A DNA stretch of 64,000 nucleotides from Cladosporium halotolerans (lineage: Eukaryota), in contig NW_027191459.1 of assembly GCF_011745625.1 (NCBI RefSeq), positions 248,001 through 312,000 on the forward strand, in the 5' to 3' direction. Below the pieces are notes generated by a model. The model was not told the DNA's origin. It worked only from the letters and a program-made list of their open reading frames with translations, and searched no databases. Each line of letters opens with the position of its first letter. The first letter of the stretch is position 1. Below are positions 50,196 to 62,848 of the stretch, piece after piece. The position numbers were made by a program, and so were the translations under genes.

Positions 50196-53100
50196 ATGGA
50201 AAACAACGAGAACGAGGAGGATGTCAAGTTGGCCAGGGCGTCTGCAGGCCTGTTAAGCGACCTTGAATCAAATCTACCAAAGTTACTTTGGAAACGTCCT
50301 CGAAACCATGAAACCCAGCGAGGAGTGCATTCTCGGGTCCGTCAGACAGACCTGGACCACATCATCAACCTCGTATGTCGAGTACTTCCCTAGCAGTCAT
50401 GTGTAGGCTTACGGAATGCTGCAGATAGAACCATTCCAAAGCGAGCCACATCTTCTCGACACAAAATTGAAGACCTTGTTGCCTCCAATCGTCGATGCCT
50501 ATCTCACTTCTCTGCTGAAGTCAACCCCTTCGATTTGCGAGGTGCATATTGACATCCGGACTGCTCTCGCTTCCATCCTCTACACTCTCTGCAAGGTCCG
50601 CGGCGCAAAAGTCATTGTAGGCTTCTTGAACAATGAACCACGCTACCTAGAACCAATTTTGGACAGCCTCGAGAGAGTTGCCTCAGAGCAAGACGGCCAA
50701 GCCGTAAACTGGAAGGTACCCTATGTACTCTTGTTATGGCTTTCACATCTCTTACTGGCTCCCTTCGCTCTGGCGTCCATATCAAGCGATAAACTCCCGG
50801 ATGTGGACAAGCTTGCACACTTATCACTTTCACCTGATGTTCCTCCTGTCGCTCAAAGGATCACATGCATCGGGGTTGGTTATCTATCTGCATCAACAAA
50901 GGCTCAAGACGCCGCTGCAGCTATGCTTGTACGGCTCGCTACCAGGCCTGATATGCAACAGCTAAAGGTAGCTGATGCCCTTGTCGACTATGCTGTGGGA
51001 GAGGTATCCGCCTCGCACGACTCGTCGATTTCTATCTACCAGCAGCTCGGTCCCTTGCGGTTCCTTGCAGGTGTTGCAACCTCCGCTGATCTGGGTCATC
51101 TGATACCAAAGATCTATCGCGCATGTGGAAAGCTAATCACTTTTGCCGACGCATCACCTGTAGCCAGCAACGCTGTCGGGAAAAAGATGGCATTGAAGAT
51201 ATACCGGAACATCGCTATATTAACCCTTCGATCGTCTTCTGTGTCAGGCCCTCTCCTGAGTTTTCTGGAGACGACTGATGTACTGGAAGATGTCATCGAC
51301 CATTTACTGCAATCTTTGGGTGACCGAGACACACCAGTAAGGTACGCGGCAGCGAAAGCTATCAGCCTGATCATTTCAGAACTCGAGCCTGAGATGGGCT
51401 TTGAGGTCATCCAAGCTGTACTTGATACATTCAAGGAAGATATCCCTCGCAATGCCGCCGGCATAGACTATCAAACAGTCAATGCGCTCAAGTGGCATGG
51501 ACTCACTCTTGCTTTGAGTCATGCCCTATTCAAGCGCTCCGCGTCGCCGACACAGTTGCCAGACATTCTGAATGCGCTTGTATCAGCCTTGAACTTCGAG
51601 CAGCGCACGGCTACAGGGAGTAGCATTGGTGCCAACGTACGAGACGCGGCAAACTTCGGGATCTGGTCGCTCTCAAGAAGATATACGTCAGATGAACTTT
51701 TGTCTGTGGATACCCAGTCCCTCCGCTTCAACTCTGATGCGTCGCCTCACACATCGGTCATCCAGGCTGTGGCCGTCCAGTTGCTACTATCAGCATGTCT
51801 AGATCCAGCAGGGAACATTCGCCGAGGTTCATCGGCAGCTCTACAGGAACTGATTGGTCGCCATCCTAACCGGGTCATCGAGGGAATAGCGGTAGTACAG
51901 ATAGTCGACTATCAGGCCGTTGGTCTCCGAAGGCGAGGTCTAATCGACGTGGCTAACAAAGCCGCTGCGCTTCACGTTTCCTATTGGCAGGCTCTCATCG
52001 GCGGGCTGGTGGATTGGAGAGGCCTACGATCAGTTGACATTCCTTCCCGCGAGGCTGCAGCACGTTCGCTTGCCAATCTGGTTTCCATCCAAGATGAGAC
52101 CGATGGGCTTGCTTTCGTTAGCGAACGCTTACTCGCCGAGCTCGAAACACCTTCTGGTACAGACATTGAGTCGCTGCATGGGCTGATCTGTGCATTGTCG
52201 AATCTACTCGAAGGCAAGGGTGAAACAAAGCCAACACTGCCATTGCACCGCCGATTCTGGCATGCGGTACAATCAGTCGACGGTTTCAAGATTGAGTTCG
52301 GCCCCAGAGCTCTCAAGTCAGAGCTCCCGGTCGCCTTAGCAAAGCTGATTGCCGAAGTATGCTGTCGCGAGAGAACATGTCTATCACAAAATCCCGTGGA
52401 GAAAGGCTTCACTTTTGCTAGTCTCGAGGACGTCGCCAAGCGCTTACTGACCCGCCATGAAGATCCCATCTTGCAAGTATTGCCTGAAATGGCGAAACAG
52501 GTCTATGGTCTGAGGAAACTGGCATCCAGAGAACTTGGCTGCATGGATGTGGTCAGCCTAGCTCGATCAGTCGAAGTCGATGGCTCCAAAGCGACTCTCA
52601 ACGGTGCTGGTAGAGCCATCGCTTTGGGTTCTCTGGTATCCCAACCAGCCAAATACCTCGTGAGTGAGGAAGCTGATGCTGCCATCTCCTCTCTGAATGG
52701 ATTGGTCACGGCGATGAATGTCGAGTGGCGCATCATTGGGTTGCGAGCATTGAGTCTGGCTCTACAAAGACTTGGCGATCCATCCAATGGGATTTCGGGA
52801 TCCATAGCCGCAGTAGTGCAGACTATTCACATCGGCTTGACTGATTACACGATCGACGAGCGCGGGGATATCGGCTCGCTCGTGAGGTTGCAAGGTCTCA
52901 ATGCAGCATCCTCCTTGCTTCAGCTCGATGTCCTTTCCCAAGACACTGGTGAGGTCCAGCTCCTTCAGTCGGACATACTCCGACTCTCACTTGAGAAGCT
53001 GGATCGTGTACGTGGCCGCGCTGCAGCCTGCAGGCAGCAATGCTTGCCTTCCTTTCTGAAAGCTGAGCATCAAGAAGATACCAACAGCGAAGCATACCTC

Positions 53101-53730
53101 CAATCCGCCCTTCGACCTATCTTCGAACCTTCAATATCATCGTGGGCTCACCGCGCCTTGGTTGAAGGCGCAATTTCGTGCGCAGGCATCGGCGCTGAAT
53201 CACTGCTGCAGACATCCCGGGCCATACTTACCCACTCCCTCTGGGAATGCGATATGCAGCACCTGCACAGCCTGCTCACGACCTATGCGGACATCATGCG
53301 CGATCTCCTCTCACCTTCAACACCGAACGCAAGCAACCTCATGGTTGCCGCGCTAGATCTATTGGCCTTCTTCCTCGATATGCGTATTCCGCAGCGGCTG
53401 GCGCAAGCCGAACCAGCCTTCAAGTGGCGGACCCTCCTCTCGACCGTGCAAAAGTCACACCACAAGAGCTCCGACGTGCCGAAGCTGCTCGCTGCTGTGA
53501 ACGTGTACAGAGGTCTGGCGGAGGTGGAGAGCATACGAGGAGAGGTCGTGAAGAAGCTTCTGAGCATGCTGGCCACGAATCCGTATCCCAGAGTCAAGGT
53601 TGCGGTGGCTGAGGTGACTTTTGACGTTCTTGGTCAGGATGCGATGAAGGTCGTCAATTGGACTGAAAAGGGACCGGAGCAGAGCAGGGTGTTAGGGGAG
53701 CTTAAGGCGATGTCGACACATGCTGTGTAG
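50196..53730 (+). CDS. Tubulin-folding cofactor D; exons 50196-50372, 50425-53730
   Basis: EPFQSEPHLLD, LCKVRGAK, DTPVRYAAAK, NVRDAA, NIRRGSSAALQELIGR, DYTIDERGDIGSLVR. Confidence 0.93.
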
Positions 53731-54373
53731 TCACGAAGTCCGGGCTGGGTAAGTAGGGTTAGGGTTGGGGTTACTATACACTTTCACACCTCCAAAGCGA
53801 CTACAGTACGTCAGTATTGACGATGTGCGCTCTTTTGCTCTCCATTCTGGAAAACGTAGGAGTGTAATACTAATCATACCGCCTTGTCGTTGTCGTGAAA
53901 TGACTGGTTGAAGATCAAGCGCTGAAGTCTGGAGCCAATCTCAAACGAGTCCAAGCTGATCTCAAAGCCCATACACTCCTGGTTCCCGATGCACCCTAGG
54001 AACATATTCTACATGCGGCGTATCACCTCGAGCATTGGGAAATAACTCGAGCATTGTATCGGATCATGGGGAACAATCTTCCTATGGTGCAAATGCGGAG
54101 GCGCTGTCGCGTCTGCTGCTGTGTGCATGAGTACGTCGACGGAGAGTAGCAAGCGACCTAGCCAAATCGGTAGCCGTGCCTGATTAACACTTGGGAATCG
54201 TCTCGACCATTCAAAACAGAGGATTGGTGCCTTTCTGATGCTTATTGAAGAATGACACAAGGGAAGACAATGTTCCGCCATGCTATGGTTGCTTTTTTGT
54301 ATTTTGAATCATGCAATACAATATGTACACTCTAGAAAACCCCAGCGCCATATTTCATCCTCTATCTGTTCCT

Positions 54374-55182
54374 CTATTTCGTCCTCACCTGCTTCAGCTT
54401 GCCAGGGCTGTAGACGAACTGGGTGGCGTAAGCCTTAGGGACGATCTTGCGCTCGTTCGGCTCCTGAACGAAGTACTCGTAGCCCTGCTTGTTGGCGAAG
54501 TCGATGGCGTCCTCCTTGGTCTTGAAGTTGAGGCGGGTGCCCTGCATGTAGTCTGCGCTGGATTGCCAGCCCATGAGAGGGTTCTCCCATCTGTGGCCCT
54601 TGGACAGCACGTCCCAATCCATGCGCCATTGGTGGCCGTGCCAGTCGCCGGACTGGGTGGCGGTCTTTGTGGGGCGGTAAATGCTGGACTTTGGTCAGTT
54701 TCTGGCCGTTTCAAGAGTGCTCGGGAGCGTTCATGTGTACCGGACGGTTCTGGCTTGGAGGTCGGTGGGCGCGCCAGAAAGCACGGCAGCCGGGGTGTCG
54801 AGGCCAGGCTCGGAGCCATCCATGACTCTCTTGGGGAGTGGTGAGAAAGCACTGTCTCATGTATCAATATGTATCCTACCCCACGCTATCTTCCCTCGGA
54901 TCGCTCTTACGAAGTCCTGTAGTCGGCGGCGACGTTGTAGTCGGGGTTGTGGTCGGGCTGGCCCTCCACCGGACCCTGCTGCCTGATCATCTCGGCGTCT
55001 CCGTGGCGAGCTGTGGGCGCATCCTCAGAAGAAGAGGCGGGACGGCCTTTCTGGCCACCGGCGGCCATACCAGGGTTGTGGGCGGCGGTCTCGCGGCGGA
55101 CGAGCGCGGGTGCGCGCTGGGAGAGGGCAGGGCGGGCGGATGCACGCAGCGTCGAGGCTGCGAATCTCTGTAGAGTCGTCAT
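54374..55182 (-). CDS. NDUFS4: NADH:ubiquinone oxidoreductase NDUFS4-type (about 21 kDa) subunit; exons 55182-54911, 54851-54741, 54683-54374
   Basis: Arg-rich mitochondrial presequence; RTVRIYRPTKTATQSG, RWENPLMGWQSSAD, FKTKEDAIDFANKQG. Confidence 0.93.
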
Positions 55183-55384
55183 GGTTCGTGGTTGTGTGAT
55201 TGTGTCGCAGGCCCGCAATCGACGCTCTGCGTTTCCAATGCTTGAGGTCAGCAGCTTCGCGACGCCGGGGAGTGGCACGGACCCCGTGCCAAGGTCGAAG
55301 TCGGGAGGAGCGATCTTCCGCTCAAGCTTCACTACTTGCGACGGCGAAGACCATCACCCCAGTACATACCCCAACAACGCAATC

Positions 55385-55991
55385 ATGGTCTCTACTCTCG
55401 TCCCCCCGAAGGTATGTGGAACGCCTGAAACAGTTTGCGAGCCCTTCTAACAGTTTATACAGGTCGCCTCTCCCAACGTACGTACTCCAGGACCCTCTCC
55501 CGTTCTCCTCCGATCGAGCACTCCAACCACCGAATGCGCATTCAAAACCCCGAGAAGCCGAATAAATGCGACGAGGAATGGGTTTGCAGAGCATGGAAGG
55601 ACACGAGACGCTGACAGGCACGGTTCCAGGCCATTGGCGGTGCTGCTGATGCCGCGCGCATGCAGAGAGTCGTCGCTTTCTACGAGGCCCTTCCCCGTGG
55701 CCCTGCCCCGGCTCCTCAGCCCAAGGGTTTCCTCCAGAGATACCAGCACCGCTACATGAACGGCAAGAACGCTCGCGCCATGCGTATGTTATTAGACCCG
55801 AAAGCAAGACCGCAAGGGAGTAGATCAGGGATACTGACCGTGGCACAGCGCTCGTCCACATCATTGGTGGTCTCCTCGTCATCGGCTACGCGCAGAACTA
55901 CTACTTCCACCTGCGTAAGTTACTGTGAAAGGAGCGGGCGTCGGAACCTTGCTGATAATTCCTAGGTCACCACAAGAACAACGCCCACTAG
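55385..55991 (+). CDS. ATP17: Mitochondrial ATP synthase subunit f; exons 55385-55411, 55463-55477, 55630-55783, 55849-55914, 55966-55991
   Basis: Spliced product MVSTLVPPKVASPNAIGGAADAARMQRVVAFYEALPRGPAP..GYAQNYYFHLRHHKNNAH (95 aa); four canonical introns. Confidence 0.93.
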
Positions 55992-56730
55992 AGGCGCTGA
56001 CTGCAACGATAGAGTGGAGGACTGGAGAAATGTGTATCTGTAAATAAGGCGAATGGAAGACGTTGAGAACAATTGGCGAGCTCGAGTGCTGTGACTTTTG
56101 AGAGCCACTATCGACGTACACCGTCGTCAAGGCTGACATCTATCACGTGACGTTGAGCTTCACTCGCTATGGACCCTCCCGATCATGACTCGTAAGCTGC
56201 TATGAGCACATCCTCATATGTGATCATATGTTGGTATGGTGTCTATGACTCTATGCGAGAGTGAATCTAAGCGTGACTATTTGCCAGCAATGAGAATGGC
56301 AACTACGTGTGCATAGGTAGCACACGTCGCCGCCTCTCGAAGAGCCGGCGGCGGGCCGCCATGAGGTCCGTGCCAACGTCGCAACCGCGAGCGAACCTCG
56401 CTTTGTAGGCTCCGCCCACTGCGACGGACTGGACGATCTCCACACCCCATACCACCACCCTCGCGACATCCGACGCAAGAGAGGTTCTACACGCCTCCTC
56501 TCCCTCAGAGCGCGATCTCATTTCCACCTCAAGCGCTCTCCATCGCGCAGGCGACACTGCCGACGCCGACCTCCGACCCCCGACTCCAACCGTGGCGAGC
56601 TCTTACATCTGACCGTAGGTACTGACACCACCACCCTACACTCAGCGCTTTCCCCTCAGACCGGTAATTCTCATACGTCTCTTCGCGCTCATCTCCATAC
56701 CTTCGGGGAAGCGGTGCTTCATTCCCTTCC

Positions 56731-59700
56731 ATGCGCACGCCATTGTCCGAGTCAGCAACACCTTCAGATCCGACAGCTGACCTCAGTCTCGCTGCGCAAA
56801 CAGTCCGACATTCTGTTATGGCAGAGCAGGTTAGCCACAATGTGGTAAACGTCCCCGAGTCGGCGAGCGGCTCGTCCCCGCTTGTCGACGTTGTTGCGAA
56901 CCACACTTCTACCAGCTCCGCCGAATCCGGCAACACACTTCCAACAGCGATTCCGACTAAACCAACCGACGCCTCTGACCCGCAAAACGACCTCACAGCC
57001 GACGCGATCGCGCCGGATACCACATCAGTCGATGCAGGACAAGCTGCGGCTGAGCCAAGTGCTGGGGATGCCGTGGCTAAGCCAGATACCATTCCTGCGA
57101 TCGCACAGCCTCTGAAAACCGATGATCAAAGCAAAGCCGGCCAGACGCCGACTGTGAATGGAATTCTCGACAGTGCTAGTCAAGGATCTGCACTAGAAGA
57201 TGGAGGGTCTCAAGACAACTCGGCTGTGAATTCGGACACGGACATGAGCAAGGGAGACGTCTCTGAGGCGAAGGATGGCCACCTACACGTGCGCACTAAT
57301 TCCGTCAAGAAGCCCACTACCTTTAGCAAGATCTCTGTGACGAAGAATTTCCTGGCAAAGTCCAACTCAGCAGCGCCTACCGCGGCCAAGACTGGTGAGC
57401 GAGGTAAGCGTGACCCGTGGAAAAGATCGGAGGACATAACTAATTGCCAGCAGCTTCTCCAGTTAGCTCTGTGGCGCCCCCCGTCGCAAAGCCGAGACTT
57501 ATCGCAAAGACCGGCGCGTCGCTCCGGGAGCTTCAAAAGGCTCGTCAAAATGCGGAGTCTCCAAGTGGACCAGACGCTAGTAAGGTGTGGAATAAGAACA
57601 GACCGACAGCTCCACCACCACCAAAGCAGTTTACCGATGAGGAGCTCAAGCAGCAGTATGGCATCCACTTGGCTACGCGCTTACAATCCGACGAGAATGG
57701 CAAGGAATCGAAATGGGCGGATATCGACGAGGATGAAGACGACTGGGTTCCGGACGCTGTGACCTGGATCGACGGGACCAAATCTGCTCTTACACCTGCA
57801 GACAATACTCCGGCGTCAAAGGAAGCGAAACCTGCCGAGCCCACTTCGGCAAAACCGGCAGAAGAGCCAAAGCCCTCCCTGACTGCCATGAAGAAACCGG
57901 CGGAGCCATCTGGCCCTCCAAAGACGATTCTGAAGCCTGGAGCTGCAGCACAAGCCAAGCAAATTGGTCTGGCCAACCAGTCCTCTTCTGCTCCCGAGAA
58001 AGCAACCCTGAAGGCCAAAAGCCCGGCTCCCCCTTCCAAGTCGCCATGGGCAACCTTGCCTCCAGTCGACAAAGTGTCGCCTGTCAATCCACCAGTGCAA
58101 AGCACCCAACAACAGACTCCGTTTGTCTCGCAGGATGCCAGAGCTTACGACTCCATGCCGCCACATCAGCCGATGCGTGAAATTGCCGCGGACACTTTTG
58201 ACCGCTCTTGGCGCGAAGGTGAAGGCGGCCGCCGTGAGCTTTTCAATTCTGTTAGCGGCCATTACGAGCCGGTCGCGGAAGGTCGTCGGGGCTCTAGGCC
58301 GGATCCTTTTGGTCGCAAGCCTGCAGTGCTACAGCGTCCATCACAAACAGGGATGGACATTCATGCTCCAGAACCGTCACCAGCTTTCCAGACGAGGTCT
58401 GGCAGCCAGACTGACGGTCCACCGCCTTGGGCACGTAGGAGAGGCTCTAGTGTCAGTCAGGGTAGCATGGCGCCTCGTAGAATGTCGATGAACAGAAGCC
58501 AAGAGCCATTTGCTCCTCAAGAGCGGCGCATGAGCACTGTTGCTGGGCATAACATGCGCGCCTCACCGACTTTGAGCAAGACGGACGGGCACCCGAGCAT
58601 GTTCCCGCAGCAGAACGCTTGGCATCAACAGATGCCACCACCGCCCGCGCCGGGTGCCGGAGAGGAGCTTGAGGACCCTTTCAAGGCCCAAGAGCGTATC
58701 ATGAAGGAGAAGCGCGAATTGGCGCTAAAGAGGAAGGTAGATGAGGAGGAGCAGCAGCGCCAAGCAGCCTCAAAGGAGCGTCTACAGGCCAAAATGGCAG
58801 CACTTCAAAACGCTGGTCAGTCCCGGCAAGAAAGGGAGGCTGCTGCCAAAGAAGCAGCTGCTTCAGCGCCAAAGCCTGTCGTCGAGCCGACTCCCGAGGA
58901 TCTGAAGCCGGCCGACAATCTTGCAGTGAAAGCAGTCCACCCGCAAGAGGTTTCACCTGCTCCTGTCGTCCAAGCTCTGGAGTCAAAGGTTGCTCACTCT
59001 CTACCTAATGGTTTCCAGTCTGCTCAAGCCAAGGCGTCTCCGCCAGCTGATGCTGATTTGCCTCACCCTATTTCCAAACCCGATGGCCCTGACATACCTA
59101 CGCGCTCCGTTTCCGACCAAACGCAGCGACAGGCACCTCGCGGCCCCCTTTCGCCGAAGGCTAACAATGCGCGGGCGCCTTTTCAGCAGGCCACGTCTTC
59201 GCCATACCGCGCCCCAAACTCCGCCTTTTCTTCCCCTGGAGAGCGGAAACAGCAGCCTTTTGGACGATCGCCAATGGTTGGCGGTGACGGCTTTTCTCCA
59301 TGGCCGTCTGCTGGCAGTGGTAATGTCTGGGGCACGGCGGGTATTGGCAACGGCGTATTCGAGAGCGCGTCGAGCTTTGCTCCCATGCCCATGATGTCTC
59401 AGCAAAGCTCTACATTGCCGCCACCACCTGGAATGAGTCGACCTGGCGCGCAAGCGCGTATTACGCCGCCGCAAGCGCTTGCCTCGGAGTCGAGATCGCC
59501 GAGTCTTGCGGCTGCTCAAGCGGCAGAGCAGGGCAGGGCATTTGCTCCACCAGGCATGGAAGGCCGTCCGGACCACTTCACGTCGCAGTCTCGCCCAACC
59601 GGTGCGTCACCAACCTCCAGCCTAAGCCGCCCGCAGCGCGTCCCGGGGCCAATCGCACCGCCGTCCCGCGCACAACCTCCGCTGCAGAACCAACCTGCTG

Positions 59701-61202
59701 AGGACAGCAGACTCGCCGCGTGGAGAAGTGCCTCCCAGACTTTACCCGCACAATACGCGAGCAACGCGAAAGCCAACGGCTCTACCTCACACACTGAACC
59801 TCCCTCAGTCGAGAATGGCGATATCTACAGGGAAACGTTCAGGCAGACTTCACGAGGACGACTCGGCGGTCCGCGCAAGATCGAGCGGTCAGAGTACACC
59901 GTCCACGATGCTCAAGGCTCGCACTTGATCTCCAGCATCACACCCGCACCTCCAAGCACTCAGACGCAGCCCGCAGTGCCTGTACCGACTTCCTCTCCCT
60001 TGAGTCATCCGTGGAAGCAGGCAGCGGGAAACACTGTCCGCTTGCCTAACGGGTCAATGAATCCTGCTCATGGAGGCGCCGCAGCGCCGCAGCCTCCAAT
60101 CGGAGCTCCATACGCTCGAGCACAGCCTGCTCCTGTCGGCACTCCGCGTAGAGCAAAGGCCCCCGCTGACCCTCTCCCTCCAACGGTGGACTCAAAAGAA
60201 CAACCGCCGCCTCCACCCGAGACTGCGACACACCCTGTTTACTCTGGTGACGCAAAACAGCCTCACGTTCGCCTTCCCAAATCCAGACCTGTAGTCAAGC
60301 TCCCGCCACCATCCGCAACGGCTCCTCCGCAACCATCAGTGATGATGCCTCCACGGCAGCACTGGGGCCCACCAGGCGGGCGCCCAATCGTGCAAAACGA
60401 AGCTTGGCAGGCTCGCTTCAATGGCCTCTTCAATCGCGCCAATATCACTACGGAGACCCCACCATCGCCTCCCAAAACCCCACCAAAGGCCTATGATCCG
60501 GCTTTTAACGTTGCCAGCTCCTCAAGGATTGCGATGCACGACCCGCCGACTTCGACAAGTGCCACGGTTTCTCTTCCGCAGATGCAGCAGCCAACAAGGC
60601 GCACGACTGTTGAGGGATTCCTCCTCGATGACAGCAGCGACGTTACTAGTAAGGATACGATCGAGCAGATGTTCAACGAGGAACTGAGCTTCGGCTCCAA
60701 GCCATTGACGCGCGTTCCGCGCACAGTTGTCTACCCGGAAATTGGTGCCGACGCCGTGCACAACATGCTCACGCTGCGTCCTGAAGCTTTCCCGAAGCCA
60801 AGCGAAGCGCAAAGCAAAGCCCCTTTCGACATGATTTCACTGCACTTTCGAAACCCCAAGGGATGTTTCGTGAAGATGCCTGGCGTCAAGACCAAGCACA
60901 ACCCCATCTTCTGGAGGAGGACTGGGCTCAACAAGGGAACGCACAAGCCCAAAGCGAAGACTGTCGCTGCCAAAGAGACTGGAGTGATCACTCCAAACTC
61001 GACGGTGCCCAACAGCGCTTCAACTGCTGGTTCTAGGAAAGCCAGCTCTCAAAAGGTCTCTGCCGCATCTACGCCTCAGCAGAAGTCCCCGACCCCTGGT
61101 GCCACCGACAATGCAGCGTCTGCTGGCAGCAAGCGTGGGCTTCCTTTCAAGTCTGCCAAGGGCCGTGGGCCAAACGCGTCTGTCAAATCGACTACCAACT
61201 GA
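56731..61202 (+). CDS. Large, mostly disordered Pro/Ser-rich hypothetical protein; exons 56731-57403, 57451-61202 (ATG 56818 is an alternative start)
   Basis: Two long ORFs joined in frame by a GTAAGC..ACTAAT..CAG intron; motif islands VWNKNRP, EELKQQYGIHLATRL, SKWADIDEDEDDW, EIAADTFDRSW. Confidence 0.8.
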
Positions 61203-61938
61203 AGACTCCTCAACGGCGCCAGCGCTACGGAGGAGTGACCTCGTCTTTATTGGAGCAATCATGTATATTAAGCACACTGGTGGTTTGGGAATGCATGTTT
61301 GATGTGTTTCTTGTCTTTCGGCGCTATGGAGGCTTCTGTGAAGCATCTTTGAAGTGCGAGCGATGCTTTTATTGAGTTCGGATCGCTGCAGTCTGCAGTC
61401 ATTAACAGAGCAGAGCGCAGACGTCGCTTCTATGCTTTCATGCCGTTCATTCGAGTTCTGCAAATGTGGACTTGTACTATCACAATAATTTTTCAGTCCA
61501 ATATCCAATACCCTCTCAGTTTTCCCTCTGTCTTTTTGAGTTGCGTTTGTATTTTGACATGGTACCCTATCTCACGTGCCATCGTACCAACACTGTCGAA
61601 GCCGACTGCTCGATCGAGCTCATGAAGTCGTGCCCCACCCCCACCCTTCGACAGGTACATATCGTCATCGACAACACCGATCGTGTTTTGGCACCGACAC
61701 AAGCAATATTCTTGACATTATGAGATCATGACCACCCGCAGCTGCACAATACAATAGAGCTGTCTTCCCACTGCCTCTACTCGTCTCACAGGCATCAGCA
61801 AAAAAGCATAAAAGCTTGCCAAAACAACTCCCTATGCAGTGTCGACTCACACCTTAACATCGTCTACCCAAAGCAACCATAGCTCCCAAACTCCGCCTCG
61901 CGCACCTCTCGCGCACCCTCGGACGAACAACACGCACC

Positions 61939-62848
61939 ATGGCCAGCACCTCGCACTCCACGCCCTCGAAGCCGGCGCCCTGGCGCGCCGACTTCCTCAA
62001 CCACCTCTCGCGCATGGACAGCCCGGAGTTCGTCTTCAGCAGCCTGCACGCCGCGCCGCCCGGCCACAGGAGCCCGTCGCCGTACCTCCCGCGCGCCCGC
62101 TATTGCATCATGCGCGGTTTCTGGGCCGAGCTGCCGGACAACAAGCACAACAATGCGCCCATGAACCCGCGCGTGTACGAGAGCGAGATGCCGGCCTTCA
62201 CGACGGACGTCCGCATGAACAAGCCCATTGAGCTGTTTGGCTCCAGCAGTGGGAAGGCGGACGATCAGAGTCTTGTGCAGGGAAGCGGAGGCGGTGGGCC
62301 GTGTGAGGCTGTTTGGTGGGTCAAAGATGCCATGGTGCAGTGGAGGATGAAGGGCGAGGCGTTTATTGTTGGGAATGATGTTGAGGGCGAGGGGGATCAG
62401 AGCAAGGAGAGCTCGGGCGTGAGGACGCTGAAGAGCGAAGTTGGGAGTAGGATGAGGGTTGTGAATGCTGAGAAGGAGGCGGAGTGGAGCTGGAAGAGGG
62501 AGCTGACGGGGCACTTTGGCAACAACTCGCCTGGGCTGAGAGGTATGTTTGTTGTCTTATACATGAATCAGATGCTGAGCCAGTGGCTAATCGTACGTTG
62601 CAGGCTCATTCAAGAACCCGCCGCCAGGTCAGCCGGTCGATCAACCCTACGACAGCAAGAATCTCGCTATTGGACAGAAGGTGGAGGATCTTGAGGATCC
62701 CGTGGCAAGGGCAAACTTCCGCGTAGTCATCATCAAGCCGGAGGAGATGGAATCCGTCGATTTGAGTGACCCCGCCAAAGCGAGAAGGCAGGTGTACAAG
62801 TTTGATGAGAGCTCTGGCGAGTGGACTCACACCGAATGCTGGCCTTGA
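61939..62848 (+). CDS. Pyridoxamine 5'-phosphate oxidase-like FMN-binding protein; exons 61939-62542, 62604-62848
   Basis: PRARYCIMRG, FTTDVRMNK, EAVWW..QWRMKG, spliced ARANFRVVIIKP..VDL..W..ECWP. Confidence 0.85.

Noticed and set aside
53754..53773. Telomerase RNA template or true telomere
   Set aside because: Only about two repeats, within a ~640-bp gap between convergent genes, with no other supporting structure seen
56585..56645. Possible stwintron or tiny intron upstream of the 56731 gene (CTGAC..TAG/GTAGGT..CTGAC..CAG)
   Set aside because: No convincing upstream donor, and the 31-nt candidate is too short
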